Assembly: GCA_016839585.1 (NCBI GenBank)
Contig: JAEOTZ010000077.1
Location: 1 to 46,416, forward strand
From: Promethearchaeota archaeon
Lineage (GTDB): Archaea > Asgardarchaeota > Lokiarchaeia > Sigyniarchaeales > SOKP01
Direction: 5' to 3'
DNA length: 46,416 nt
The first letter of the stretch is position 1, and every line of letters starts with the position of its first letter. Below, piece after piece: positions 26,954 through 37,987 of the stretch. The position numbers were made by a program, and so were the translations under genes. The notes below the pieces were generated by a model. That model worked only from the letters and a program-made list of their open reading frames with translations. It ran no database searches and was not told the DNA's origin.

Positions 26954-27766
26954 TTATGTCTCACGCCATTCACAACCACATTCGGCGCAACAACATTTTT
27001 TCCCGTAAATTCTAGGATAATCCATTAATATTATCGATTTATCATCAATCTCATGAATTAGCCCTTCGTTATTACAACTTGGACATTTTCTACGACCCAG
27101 AGGTTTTTCAACTACTAAAACACCGTTTTCATAAGAACGTAAAGAAATTGGGTTTGAATGCATTGAAGTAGTCAACCTATCTAGAGTTTCCTTAAAAATA
27201 TTACCATTATTTTCCGTAGTTAATGGTTTAATTTCTTCTTCTCTATTGATATAGTTTTCTTGATCAGTCATTATAATATAGCCCTTAACAATTGAGTTGA
27301 TCTCATCTTTTTTAGGTAATCGGTTATATCTTTCTTGAAAATTCTCAATAAATGCTTCAGCATCTGATTTCATAATATTGTATCCATGATCTTGAATCTT
27401 TCTTGTAATGTTAGTAATAATTTCATCTTTAGAGAATATTTTTTCCACTTTTTCTTCTAACGTCTCAGAAATTTCAAGATTTTTTCTTAGTTCATTCCAT
27501 AATTGATTTATTTGATCTTCTGAGATTTTACCATTGACCTTTACATAAATTTTTTTTTCTGGGTCTTTTAATATAGTTATCTTATTTTCTTTTTGTAATT
27601 CTTTATCAATATTTTCATCGAAGTAATTAATTCTAAGAAGACTTTTTCCTAATTTAGAAGTTTTTGTGGAGTAATTTAAATTTTTTTGTAATACATCTTC
27701 CATTATTTTTTGAATGTCGGTATTACTTTTATCTTTTATACCAAATGAATGAGTTCTCTCAAGCAT
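26954..27766 (-). CDS. Hypothetical protein with C-terminal zinc ribbon
   Basis: RRKCPSC...CAECGCEW at the C-terminus. Confidence 0.75.
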   Translation of the reverse strand: MLERTHSFGIKDKSNTDIQKIMEDVLQKNLNYSTKTSKLGKSLLRINYFDENIDKELQKENKITILKDPEKKIYVKVNGKISEDQINQLWNELRKNLEISETLEEKVEKIFSKDEIITNITRKIQDHGYNIMKSDAEAFIENFQERYNRLPKKDEINSIVKGYIIMTDQENYINREEEIKPLTTENNGNIFKETLDRLTTSMHSNPISLRSYENGVLVVEKPLGRRKCPSCNNEGLIHEIDDKSIILMDYPRIYGKKCCCAECGCEWRET

Positions 27767-27998
27767 TTAATACATCCTTACCCTATTTAAAAATTTGATT
27801 AAATTGATAATTAACAACTAGATATTATTGTTTAAAAATTCTTTCTAGGTGATCAAATTTAGTAAAAATATCGATATATCTATAAACTAAATATATAACA
27901 ACTCAAAATCTTTATATTCAATTTTAAATGAAAAGTTTAACAAAAATTTATATTAATTTTTTTCTTTAATAGCCCATAGAATTACTAGTTTAACAGAT

Positions 27999-28697
27999 AT
28001 GGAAATAAAGAAATTAAAAACTGCAACAAGAAAGGAAAAAGAAATTTCAACAAAAAGAAAAATTATTACTGCAGTCATTTTAATAGTTTTTGCTTTTTCC
28101 AGCTCATTTCTAATATTTTATATTATGCAAATTTCCTTAGATACTAAATTGCCTATGGTTGTAGTAGTTTCCGGAAGTATGGAACCGAAATACAGTAAAG
28201 GTGATTTATTATTTGTAAAAGGTAAAGATCCGGCAAATATAAAAAATGGTACTATTGATGGAAAGGAAGGAGATATTATTATATTTGATGCTCATGGGTT
28301 ATGGTCAAATCCTCCAGCTGATCCAGTTGTACATCGTGTTGTTGGTAAAAGGTATGACAATGGTTGGTTATTTACAACTAAAGGAGATGCAAACGCCTCT
28401 CCTGATGAAGCAGAAGTCCCCGCAAATAAAATATTTGGAGTAGTATGCGGGATAATCCCTTATATTGGGTGGGTAAAAATACTTTTAACTGATTCAGGAC
28501 TCTTAATCCCCCTGCTTATAATTATCTCCGTTATACTTGTAATAAGCATAATTTGGGATTTTATTAAAAAAGAAGAAGAAGAGAATATATCTGAGGATGA
28601 TAAAAAAATTATTCGTAAATCAAAAACTGGGTTTAATTTTGAGTCTAAAGAAATAATTGAAATGGATTTTACTAAATATGATGATTTAGATTTATAA
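27999..28697 (+). CDS. Signal peptidase I, archaeal/ER (Sec11, S26B) type
   Basis: VVSGSMEP, GDLLF, VVHRV, TKGDAN and IPYIGW motifs. Confidence 0.95.
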   Translation: MEIKKLKTATRKEKEISTKRKIITAVILIVFAFSSSFLIFYIMQISLDTKLPMVVVVSGSMEPKYSKGDLLFVKGKDPANIKNGTIDGKEGDIIIFDAHGLWSNPPADPVVHRVVGKRYDNGWLFTTKGDANASPDEAEVPANKIFGVVCGIIPYIGWVKILLTDSGLLIPLLIIISVILVISIIWDFIKKEEEENISEDDKKIIRKSKTGFNFESKEIIEMDFTKYDDLDL

Positions 28698-28833
28698 AAT
28701 GACTTTATTTCTTCCCTTAAATGTTATTAGATTATGAGTTTATAAGTTAAATAGATAAATATTATATATGTATTAGTCAATTCTAATTCATCATAAAATC
28801 TTAATTAAAAAAATTGTTAAGAAAGTGTAAAAA

Positions 28834-29061
28834 ATGTCATATAGTCCCCCCAAAAAGGTAACTGTGATCCTTTCTTTTATCATTCTGGCTTTAGGAATAA
28901 TTCTAGGACTTACATTCATCTTTGAACCTGATGTTATTTATGACCTTTTTTCTGATATTCCAATTGAAGATTTCACTAAAACCTTTATGACCATTTGTTT
29001 TTCCTTAACCCTTATTGGCTGGTTACTTTTATATCTTGGAGTGAGAATGAGAGGAGTTTAA
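28834..29061 (+). CDS. Small 2-TM membrane protein
   Basis: ORF track; two hydrophobic segments; T-tract follows. Confidence 0.75.
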   Translation: MSYSPPKKVTVILSFIILALGIILGLTFIFEPDVIYDLFSDIPIEDFTKTFMTICFSLTLIGWLLLYLGVRMRGV

Positions 29062-29328
29062 TATCTTTTTAACTTATTTTTTTTCCTTTTTATTTTTAAA
29101 ATGTATAAAATTTTGAGAAATTTTCTCATCTTTCTTTAAAATGTGTAAAATTAATTTCGGAAAATTAAATACTTTTATTAATTGGACAATAAAATTTAAA
29201 AAATTTCATAAATTTGAAACAAATATATACTCGTAATTTAAAAATAAAATTACGATGCAACATTAACGCACAAAAACAAAACAACAAAAAAAACTAAAAA
29301 ATTTAAAAAAACATAGAGGTAATTAAAG

Positions 29329-29613
29329 ATGTCAAAAGAAAAAGAAACAAATTCTGTTTTCGTAGGTCGTCGACCAACAATGAATTACGTCATGGCGACC
29401 ATGATGATCCTTAATAAAGGCGAAGATTGCACTGTTAAGGCTCGTGGTAGAGCTATTTCACATGCAGTTGACGTATGTGAAATTCTCAGAAATAGATTCC
29501 TCAAGGGAACTGAATACAAGGATATTAAGCTCTCCACAGAGAAACTTCAAGGAGAAAATGGGCAAGAAAATAACGTTAGCTCCATAGAAATAGTATTAGC
29601 TCCTCCAACATAA
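29329..29613 (+). CDS. albA: DNA/RNA-binding protein Alba
   Basis: VFVG.RP.MNYV, KARGRAIS.AVDV and VSSIEIVL motifs. Confidence 0.96.
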   Translation: MSKEKETNSVFVGRRPTMNYVMATMMILNKGEDCTVKARGRAISHAVDVCEILRNRFLKGTEYKDIKLSTEKLQGENGQENNVSSIEIVLAPPT

Positions 29614-29663
29614 AGAGAATACTCAAAGAAAGTTTCTTACCGGTATTGCAAAATTACAATAAC

Positions 29664-29692
29664 TCTTTTTTTTATTTATTTATTCTTTTTTT
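29664..29692 (+). terminator. Oligo-T terminator region between alba and the convergent SWIM gene
   Basis: Two long T-tracts 50-80 nt after the alba stop. Confidence 0.5.
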
Positions 29693-29711
29693 TCAGGGTA
29701 TCCTTCTAAGT

Positions 29712-30224
29712 TTAAAATGCCATAAAATCTTCTGGTAATACCTCAACAGGACGCCACTCTATTTTACCTTCTAAAGCATACTGATATTTCATAAAAATTT
29801 CTGTAGCCTCTGGTTTTATAAATTTTGGTCTGTGTGTTATGGTATTCTCAACCCAATTAATCATATCATTCCTAGTTCCTACTCCTGATTTTATCACAGC
29901 AATTAAAGCTAATATAATATGTTTACAAATCTTTCCCCTCAGACCTCCACACGGAAAAAGATTTTGAGTCCCACAAAAAAATTCTCCATTCCTTTTAAGA
30001 GATATTGCATATTCTAACTGCTCTGGTTTCGTTTGTGATTTTATCACAGCTTTTAAGGAATTATTATCTTTATCAATATAGAGCAAATTCTTTTCTCTTC
30101 TAAACATTCTAATAGCTTTATCGATTCGAGGTGGTATTTTTTCATCATTTATACTTTTCTTCAATTTATCAATAAATAGAAGAATTCTATCATCAATAGG
30201 GAAGTTTTTGTTCATCTTATTCAC
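29712..30224 (-). CDS. SWIM zinc-finger-like protein
   Basis: C.......C.......CKHI motif (FCGTQNLFPCGGLRGKICKHII). True start is probably the ATG three codons downstream. Confidence 0.75.
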   Translation of the reverse strand: MNKMNKNFPIDDRILLFIDKLKKSINDEKIPPRIDKAIRMFRREKNLLYIDKDNNSLKAVIKSQTKPEQLEYAISLKRNGEFFCGTQNLFPCGGLRGKICKHIILALIAVIKSGVGTRNDMINWVENTITHRPKFIKPEATEIFMKYQYALEGKIEWRPVEVLPEDFMAF

Positions 30225-31011
30225 TATCTAATAATTTCCTAATTCTTAAACAATAATTCTTAGAGAAAGTACTGTAAAGTTATGTTGGCTAAAATATCGA
30301 AGAAAATATTGACTATAAAAGATAATTTAGAGTATTTACTTACACTTAATTCTCCCTAGACTTTCTCTTTTATCTTATTAAAAATGTTAATATAAAATCT
30401 AACTTCTTAAATATAAACTCTTCTTTTTTTTCATGTAAAAAGATTTTTAGATTTTATTAAACTTTTTAAAATCCCAAACCTTTCTTAAAGCGTATTTGAT
30501 TAGGCTTTTTCTGATTAATTTTGTAATATCTTAGCATTTACATTTAAATATTCACAGTAATAATTTAGATCTAAAGCCTTTTTTAAAATTTAAAAAAATC
30601 TTTAAAAATGTCCACTAAAAAAACATTTATATATTCGATTGTGATTTTTGATGCTTATTATAACCAAGAACCCTTTCTTTAAATTAGTAAAATTAGAATC
30701 AGTAATAGAAAGTTCAGAATCATGGAAATTGTTTAGGATTTTTTTAAGTTTGAAGCTTTAAAAATAGGAATAACCTCACAAAACTTAGTTGTAAACGATC
30801 TTGCTTTTTCTGGGTATGATTTAACATTTTTATAATTCAAAATTTTTCCTTCTAGTCCTAAGAAAAAAGGGAAAATATATTTACCGTTAAATTAAAAAAT
30901 TTTATAAATTCAGAGAGGAAATAAATAATAACTAAAAATTTATTTAAAGTAATTTTAAATCCTATTTTCAATAAAATTTTAAATAAAATATTATAAGAGG
31001 AAGACAAAAAA

Positions 31012-31212
31012 ATGGCAAAAAAAACCGCTAAAAATGAACCCCTTTTTGTTAAATCAAAAGTAAGAGAATATATCAAAAGTAAAGGATGCAACACAGCTAG
31101 TGGTATTCTTGATGGAGACACCTTGAATGATTATATTATGTGGCATCTTGATAAAGCTGTAGAACGAGCAAAAGCAAATGGTAGAAAGACTGTAAAAGCA
31201 AGAGATTTATAA
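31012..31212 (+). CDS. Histone-fold protein with truncated alpha3 (DUF1931/face-to-face-like)
   Basis: LFVKSKVREYIK...LDKAVERAKANGRKTVKARDL; the protein ends at the RxTxxxxD motif. Confidence 0.88.
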   Translation: MAKKTAKNEPLFVKSKVREYIKSKGCNTASGILDGDTLNDYIMWHLDKAVERAKANGRKTVKARDL

Positions 31213-31690
31213 ATTCGCTTGCTAAAATTACTTTTTTTTTTATTTTTCAATTATATAATAAAGAACTTGAAAGAATTAGTTTTTATTTTATAATAGGGTA
31301 TTTATTAAGCCCATTTCGAATTTAGCTTGACTAATACCCGTAGAATGATTTTTTTCCACTAAACTCCACTAAACTCCATTTTCAAAACATTCCGTTTCAT
31401 TTTTAATATCAATAGGATAATGAATATGTAAATCAGTCTTATAAAACCTTAAATCATTAACCAATTGGTTAGTATCTTCAAAATCATTCAATTTAATTAC
31501 CTAAAATATTTTTATCTTTAATATTTCTTTTGATTAAAAGAAATTAAGAAAAATTCTTGATTAATTATTATTGAAATTATACATAATTGTTAATAAATAT
31601 ATTTTATTATATGTTAAATTTTTATTTACAGATTTTCTAAACTACTTTAATATTTAAGATTTCCAATTAAGATTACAGTCTCTTGAGATC

Positions 31691-33802
31691 TTAAACTTCT
31701 TCTCTACTTACTTTTGTTAGATGATTTTCTTTTTCAAAATTAAAAATATCTGTAACAAATGAATCAAGATTTCTATCGTGAGATATAATAATCATTTGAG
31801 CTGTATTCAGTTTTTCAAATATATCTTGCATCTTATTTATTTGTTCTTGGCTAAATCCATCAGTTGGCTCATCTAGGATTAATAAATTTTTAGTTTTTAT
31901 TTCTTGATGACGTTCATTGATAATTTTATTCAAAGCAAGTCTGTATGCTAATGATAATGCACTTTTTTCCCCCCCAGATAAGTCTCTAAAAGGGGAATTG
32001 TATCCATTAACTGTAATATTTGGCTCAAAATCGTCTAATCTAATCTCTACTTCTATATTTTCCTCTTCAACTAAAATATTAAACCATTCTTTAAAATATT
32101 CGTTAAATTGTCGAGCACTTGCAGAAATAATTTCTTTTTCAATATCTCTTATAAGAATTTGGAATTCTTCAGTAACCCAATTTTTCAAATCTTCTACATA
32201 TTCTAGTTTTGTTTTAATAATTTTTTTCTTCTTTAAATTATCTTTTAAATCATTTAATTTAGATTTAATAATTTTTAACTTAGTTTGTTCAGCACTCAAT
32301 TCTTTTTCAAGTTCTGATATTTGTGATTTTAATTTTTTTACTAGATTTTTTTGATTAATTAATTTAGACTTTATTTCAATTTCTAATTCCTTGAATTTTC
32401 CCAAGTCTTCAATTTCGTAATTTTTTAGTATGATCAAGATTTGGTTTTGATTATATTCTATTTTATCACTTAATTGATTGATTGAATCTTTTAGTTCAAT
32501 TTCTCTCTTTTTCTTTTCTTCAATTAATTTATTTAAAGACTCTTTTTTTGTTTGATTAATAGTACATTCTCTTAGATTTTTTAAATTTGTTTCAAGCCCA
32601 AAAATTTTGGAAGTTAATTCTTTAATCTCTTTTGATAATTGTTCTATTTTATCTTTGATGTCTTTGAGTTCAGAATTAAATCTTTCTTTTTCATGTATTT
32701 CTTGCCCACATAATGAACATTTTCCATCTTTGAGAAGTTTATCTATATTTTCTATTTTTTTATCCAATACTGCTTTCTTCTTATTCTTCTCTGATTGAGC
32801 ACTACGATTTTTTTCAATTTGATTTTCAATTTGCTCTTCTGTTAAATTACTTTTAAGTTTTATTTCAGGTAAAGCTTTATTTTCTTTTTCTGAATTTAAA
32901 ATTTCTTTTACTAAAAGTTCTAAAGACTTTTCTTTTTTCTCTTTAGAGATAATTGACTCATAAAGAATTTTTTGATAATTATCAATTTTAACTAATTTTT
33001 TCGAATATTCACTTAATTCCAATTGAATTGTCTCGACTTTTAATTCTTCTTTCTCTATTTCTTTTTCCTTTTCTTTTTTGGCTACTTCTATTCTTCTAAT
33101 AATTACTTTTTGCTCATCTATTTTTTTTTCGTTTTCAGGAATTAATGATCCTGGATCTCCAATTGTATCAAGAAAGATTTTAATCTCCTTTCTTTTATCA
33201 TTTAAATATTCATTTAAGGCTCCAACATTTTTAAGAGCAATCTCATATTTCTCTATACCAAATACTTCCTTTAAGATTTCAAATCGCTCATCTGGTTTTG
33301 CTTGTAGTATCTCTTTAACTTGTTCTTGAGGGGTATATACGGTATATCGAAATAAAGGAATTTTTTGTGCTTTTTCATAACGAGTTATTGAATAATTTAA
33401 AATGTTAAGAATTTTCCTTCTTAAATCTGTAGGGGCATATGAAATTTCCACCATATTATTGTTTATATGTTCAATAATTGATCCCATTTCCTGTGAAATA
33501 GAAACTCCTTTTATTACTTCTTTTTTTTTTGTTCTTTTTAATCCACGCTTTATTGTATATCTCTTTTCATTTATAGAGAAAGTTAATTCCACTGAACCTC
33601 TATTTTCGCTCCGTCTTAAAAGTGAATCCCCACTTAAATCTGCTGCATTTAAAGTTCCAAATAAACTAAATTCTATTGCTTTTAATACTGAGGATTTACC
33701 GCTTCCTATATCTCCAAAAAAAAGCATTGTTGAATGGGGGAAATCAATTTCTAAATCTTTAATGCTTCTTATATTTATAATTTTTACAGACTCTAAAATC
33801 AT
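31691..33802 (-). CDS. rad50: DNA double-strand break repair ATPase Rad50
   Basis: Walker A GDIGSGKS, Q-loop, coiled coil with CSLC zinc hook, LSGGE, LILDEPT and ISH motifs. Confidence 0.95.
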   Translation of the reverse strand: MILESVKIINIRSIKDLEIDFPHSTMLFFGDIGSGKSSVLKAIEFSLFGTLNAADLSGDSLLRRSENRGSVELTFSINEKRYTIKRGLKRTKKKEVIKGVSISQEMGSIIEHINNNMVEISYAPTDLRRKILNILNYSITRYEKAQKIPLFRYTVYTPQEQVKEILQAKPDERFEILKEVFGIEKYEIALKNVGALNEYLNDKRKEIKIFLDTIGDPGSLIPENEKKIDEQKVIIRRIEVAKKEKEKEIEKEELKVETIQLELSEYSKKLVKIDNYQKILYESIISKEKKEKSLELLVKEILNSEKENKALPEIKLKSNLTEEQIENQIEKNRSAQSEKNKKKAVLDKKIENIDKLLKDGKCSLCGQEIHEKERFNSELKDIKDKIEQLSKEIKELTSKIFGLETNLKNLRECTINQTKKESLNKLIEEKKKREIELKDSINQLSDKIEYNQNQILIILKNYEIEDLGKFKELEIEIKSKLINQKNLVKKLKSQISELEKELSAEQTKLKIIKSKLNDLKDNLKKKKIIKTKLEYVEDLKNWVTEEFQILIRDIEKEIISASARQFNEYFKEWFNILVEEENIEVEIRLDDFEPNITVNGYNSPFRDLSGGEKSALSLAYRLALNKIINERHQEIKTKNLLILDEPTDGFSQEQINKMQDIFEKLNTAQMIIISHDRNLDSFVTDIFNFEKENHLTKVSREEV

Positions 33803-35101
33803 TTAAAATTCCCTCTCTTCTTCTAATTGAAAGATATCTATAAAGTCATTGACTATTTTCTCATTATACTCTTTTACTTTTTCTCCTTCTTCTCTTTCTT
33901 TACCTATAACTGATAATAAATCGTGAATCTTGTTTTCAATATCATTTCTATTGATACTTTTAATTCTTATTTTTTGAGCATGTTCATGTACAAGTGTATT
34001 TTCAATTTCTTCATTTGTTTTTCCGACAACAACACTAATATGAGTATATTCTTTTGATGTAAGAGCAGATTTATTAATTAATACTTCATAAGCTCCTTTT
34101 TTCTTTATTTTTTGAATAATTTCATTAGTTCTAAATTCATAAGTTTTCCCAGAAGATAAAGTCCCATATATTCTTATGGTGACTATTTTATCATCAAAAC
34201 TAGTATAACTAATTTTATCCTTTAATAAATCTTGAACTTGGGTTATTGATTTATTATTACAATCAATAAATAAAGTAATTACTTCCTTTATTTTGATTGG
34301 AATATATCTAACATTTAAATTCGATGTTTGAGATTCTATATCAATATCACCTGATATTATACAAAATCCTCCAAATTGATATTGTTCAAGTTCACGAAAA
34401 TTTGTTGGTGCAAGAGAACCAGGATATATTATTTTAGTCTTATTATCAATCTTGAAAGATTTTTCATCTTTTCTTAATTTTTCAGGAACTGTTTTATGAA
34501 GGTGCCCCCCAGCATAATATTCAAATCCTTGAGGTAATAGGGATTTAGGAGTAGATTCCATATCTTTAAATTCTTTAGGTTTCAATTCGTTTAACATAGT
34601 GTGTAATATGAAGATTTTCGGACCTTTTTCCGTTTCTAGAGATTTTCTATCTAGAATATGGTATTCTTCAATTTCTAAACCGCGTTTTCTAGCTCTTAAG
34701 CCTGTTAATTTAATTTTTGTTTTTGGTTCTATGCAATAATTTAGCTTTATTTTGCCATCTTCTGTTAATTCTGCATTCCATACATCTTTAAATAGTCCTG
34801 CTGTAATAAGTGGTCTAATCATTGACTTGTTTGATGGGGAAAAGTCATGAGAGCCCATTATTCCATACACAAGAATTTCATGATCCTTCAAATTCTTTAG
34901 CTCTCTTGTTGCTAAATCTATGACTTCTACTTTTGGATTACTTACATCGTATAAATCGCCACTTATAATAACAAAATCCACTCCCTCATTAATAATAAAA
35001 TTCACCGCTTTTTCAAAAGCTTTATAGCCTAACTCATTTAAACGTTCATTACGCCAAGTTCCTAAATGAACATCAGAAATATGGGCGAAACTAACTTTCA
35101 T
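33803..35101 (-). CDS. mre11: DNA double-strand break repair nuclease Mre11
   Basis: SDVHLG, GDLYD, GSHD, GGHLH and YPGS motifs; abuts rad50. Confidence 0.95.
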   Translation of the reverse strand: MKVSFAHISDVHLGTWRNERLNELGYKAFEKAVNFIINEGVDFVIISGDLYDVSNPKVEVIDLATRELKNLKDHEILVYGIMGSHDFSPSNKSMIRPLITAGLFKDVWNAELTEDGKIKLNYCIEPKTKIKLTGLRARKRGLEIEEYHILDRKSLETEKGPKIFILHTMLNELKPKEFKDMESTPKSLLPQGFEYYAGGHLHKTVPEKLRKDEKSFKIDNKTKIIYPGSLAPTNFRELEQYQFGGFCIISGDIDIESQTSNLNVRYIPIKIKEVITLFIDCNNKSITQVQDLLKDKISYTSFDDKIVTIRIYGTLSSGKTYEFRTNEIIQKIKKKGAYEVLINKSALTSKEYTHISVVVGKTNEEIENTLVHEHAQKIRIKSINRNDIENKIHDLLSVIGKEREEGEKVKEYNEKIVNDFIDIFQLEEEREF

Positions 35102-35125
35102 TTTATATACCTTTCTAAAATTTAT

Positions 35126-36697
35126 TTATCGAACTCCGGGAAATGCTTTTCTTATTTTCTTTTCGGAACTTTTTTTATTTGTTTTGGCTTCTAATAAATT
35201 CTTAAACAATGGTATCATAATAGGAATTGCGAACTTAGTAAAGTTTGATGTAGTAATCGCTTCTCCTACATCTAAACTTGCGATTGTTTGACTATCATCT
35301 GAAAGATCCTGAGCAGAACTTTCTATTAAAGTTCTTCTCTCTGGACCCATTTCATTTCCAAGTATAATTTTGGTATTCATATTTGCTAAAATTTCCCGAG
35401 GTATTAGACTGGGCAATTGAGTAATTCCAATTAAGCCAATCTTAAATTTTCTACCTTCTCTTGCGATTTTTCCAAATATATTTTCTTTAACTTCTAGTGC
35501 TTTAATACCAATGACACGGGGAGCTTCTTCAAGTACAATTGTTATAACGGGTTTATCTTCTAATTTATCATTAAATTTATAGTTCTTATATCGATTAAAA
35601 ATACTTTCTACAATAATAGTAGCAATAAAGATTTCCTCACTCCCTGTAAATAACGATGTATCAATAATTACAGTTTTGCCTTTAATCAAAAAATTTATGA
35701 TATCTTCAATTGTAGATTCAAAACCATTTAGAGCAAATATTCCTTTTTCAATTATATTTCCTTCATCATCAAAATCAAAATCTAATAATAAGGTCAATTT
35801 TCTTCTTAAAACATCGATTGTTGTATCTTTTATCCCAAATTTCTTATAACTAACTTCTTCATCAAAGATTTTCTTAATCCATTCCTTTTTGAACTTCCTA
35901 AAATAAGTTATTAATGCATCGCTTTGCGGTTGAGAAAGATCTATACTACCTAAAACATGACTAGGATATAAATACTTAACATTAAATTTTAGATCCAATT
36001 TACCTGGAATATTTCTTAATGTATAATAATTTAAATATTCAAAACTTCTTGGATGTTCTTTAAGACCTTTTTCTTTTGGAGTACCGTAGTATTCATTATG
36101 AGGATCAAATACTAACTTACCACAGTTCTCGTTTTCCATTAAATTATAGAGAATATTTTTCACTAAATTTGATTTTCCACGACCAGTAGTTGCTGGAATT
36201 AGAATATGGTGTCTTAAAACTTTTGTTGCTTCAAGTTTGACTTCTGTTTTTAAAATCTTCGATCCAGAACGAATTTTTCCTAAAATTAAGGGATTTTCAA
36301 TCTTCTCTTCCTTGAAAAACTCTAAATGAGCGTCTTTAATATCATATATATCTGAAAAAAATGTTGGTAATTTTTTAGGTAAGAATAATTTGTTTTCCTT
36401 AACAAATATTAAGGGTCTAGCAAGAGCTAAAACATAGTTTCTCAATTCAGGTTCATATATTTTTAAATCAGATCTTTCTCTCTCTAATCCATAACCTGCC
36501 ATTAATTCAAGAACATTATCGGGAATTTGGCTTCCAAAAAATAAATCCTTAATTTGATAAATGCTGTATTCTTTTCTATCCTTCCCAGCGATGAAAAGTT
36601 GTCCTAGCTCAAATTCTTGATCTGATTTTTGTCTTAATATTAATTTAACTAAAGAACCGGTAACAAAACTACCAATTTTTATTCCTAAATCTCCCAT
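35126..36697 (-). CDS. herA: DNA translocase/helicase HerA
   Basis: HAS-barrel N-terminus; [25 protein letters not shown] and TQ.P motifs. Confidence 0.93.
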   Translation of the reverse strand: MGDLGIKIGSFVTGSLVKLILRQKSDQEFELGQLFIAGKDRKEYSIYQIKDLFFGSQIPDNVLELMAGYGLERERSDLKIYEPELRNYVLALARPLIFVKENKLFLPKKLPTFFSDIYDIKDAHLEFFKEEKIENPLILGKIRSGSKILKTEVKLEATKVLRHHILIPATTGRGKSNLVKNILYNLMENENCGKLVFDPHNEYYGTPKEKGLKEHPRSFEYLNYYTLRNIPGKLDLKFNVKYLYPSHVLGSIDLSQPQSDALITYFRKFKKEWIKKIFDEEVSYKKFGIKDTTIDVLRRKLTLLLDFDFDDEGNIIEKGIFALNGFESTIEDIINFLIKGKTVIIDTSLFTGSEEIFIATIIVESIFNRYKNYKFNDKLEDKPVITIVLEEAPRVIGIKALEVKENIFGKIAREGRKFKIGLIGITQLPSLIPREILANMNTKIILGNEMGPERRTLIESSAQDLSDDSQTIASLDVGEAITTSNFTKFAIPIMIPLFKNLLEAKTNKKSSEKKIRKAFPGVR

Positions 36698-36715
36698 TTT
36701 ATACTTTTCTCAAAA

Positions 36716-37846
36716 CTATTTTCTTATTATATTTAATAAATCATGTGCGTTTACTGAACGTAAACGAGGTAAAATAAACTCTTTATAATCTTTTTGATCA
36801 AATTCTGCAATTAATTGAACTTTCTGAGGTTCTAGTTCCTTTATACTAACCGCAGCTAATTGATCTGCTTTAATGAGACCATATGGATACCCTGGATAAG
36901 ATAAATCATTGGAATTATTAGTAAGGTTAGAAATAATTATTTCCTGTTGGTCTTGAGTCATTTTTTTTGCCTGATCTAATAATATATCAAACCGAAATGA
37001 ATAGAGTGAATTCTTATGTAATTTTACAAAATATAAATCAGCTTTTTCTTGAGCTTTTGTAATTCTGTATATAGGATGATAATACCAAGCGCTATCTGGG
37101 AATTTCTTATTACAAATATAATGAATCAATGAATTTAATGAATTTCCATTTTGTGTAATTAAACGACAAGTTTTTGAAAGCCCTGTAACTATAACTCCTT
37201 TTTTGATAGCAATTTTATATAGATTTTCAGCAATTTCAGTTTCTCCAGTATAACCTGTTTGAAGTGAACCATCTCTCACAAAAATACTTCCTTCTTCTAA
37301 TTCATTTGATATAAATTTTGTCGCATAAGTCCATTCCGCAAATCTCATCGCAATTCCTCCAAAAACTTCAATATTTGGCATACTGAAGAGTCTTTCTCTT
37401 ATAGTTGGATCACTAACAGGAAATTTTAATTCGTCTTGAGGAAGATACTCAGAAAATTCTGGTTCTGTAGGAAAAAAGCGTGTATTATAAACAAGTGTGT
37501 TATCATCAAGAAGATCTAAAACTGTTGCGCTATAAAACTCTATTTTGACTGGGGTTTTTGTAGGGTCACACCATTCATTATTAGTAAATAAAGCTCCCGC
37601 TACACGATTTAAACTAATATTAAAATCTGTACTTCTAAGTATAGGACCATTTCCTCCGTCAACAAAGCCAATATCTTTTGCATTTTCACACTTAGGAATC
37701 TCAAAGATTTTATCATCTTGAATTTCAAAAGTTTCTTCCTCAGGGCTGAAAGCATACGCTCCATCTTCTTTTTGATATCGTAGTTTATGGTCTTCTATAA
37801 ATTCCACACATTCTTTCAATGGACTTTTTCTTTTTTCACCACTCAT
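36716..37846 (-). CDS. nurA: 5'-3' nuclease NurA
   Basis: FVDGG, E, RDGSL, GLSKT and GYPYGL..AD motifs; adjacent to herA. Confidence 0.92.
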   Translation of the reverse strand: MSGEKRKSPLKECVEFIEDHKLRYQKEDGAYAFSPEEETFEIQDDKIFEIPKCENAKDIGFVDGGNGPILRSTDFNISLNRVAGALFTNNEWCDPTKTPVKIEFYSATVLDLLDDNTLVYNTRFFPTEPEFSEYLPQDELKFPVSDPTIRERLFSMPNIEVFGGIAMRFAEWTYATKFISNELEEGSIFVRDGSLQTGYTGETEIAENLYKIAIKKGVIVTGLSKTCRLITQNGNSLNSLIHYICNKKFPDSAWYYHPIYRITKAQEKADLYFVKLHKNSLYSFRFDILLDQAKKMTQDQQEIIISNLTNNSNDLSYPGYPYGLIKADQLAAVSIKELEPQKVQLIAEFDQKDYKEFILPRLRSVNAHDLLNIIRK

Positions 37847-37987
37847 CTTTAAAAATTATGCTTTTTTTCAATTATATATCTTCTTTTTTAATAATTCTTT
37901 TAGACTCAATAGATTTAACAGTTTTTAGATAAATATTTAGTTTTCTATTAATAGTTTGTTTCTTGAGATAAGTGTATCGTAAAAATT

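Noticed and set aside
30225-31690. Replication origin
   Set aside because: No recognisable ORB elements and no cdc6/orc1 gene nearby.
31691-37846. Anti-phage system (Wadjet/SMC or Sir2-HerA type)
   Set aside because: The NurA, HerA, Mre11 and zinc-hook Rad50 set is the standard archaeal repair module.
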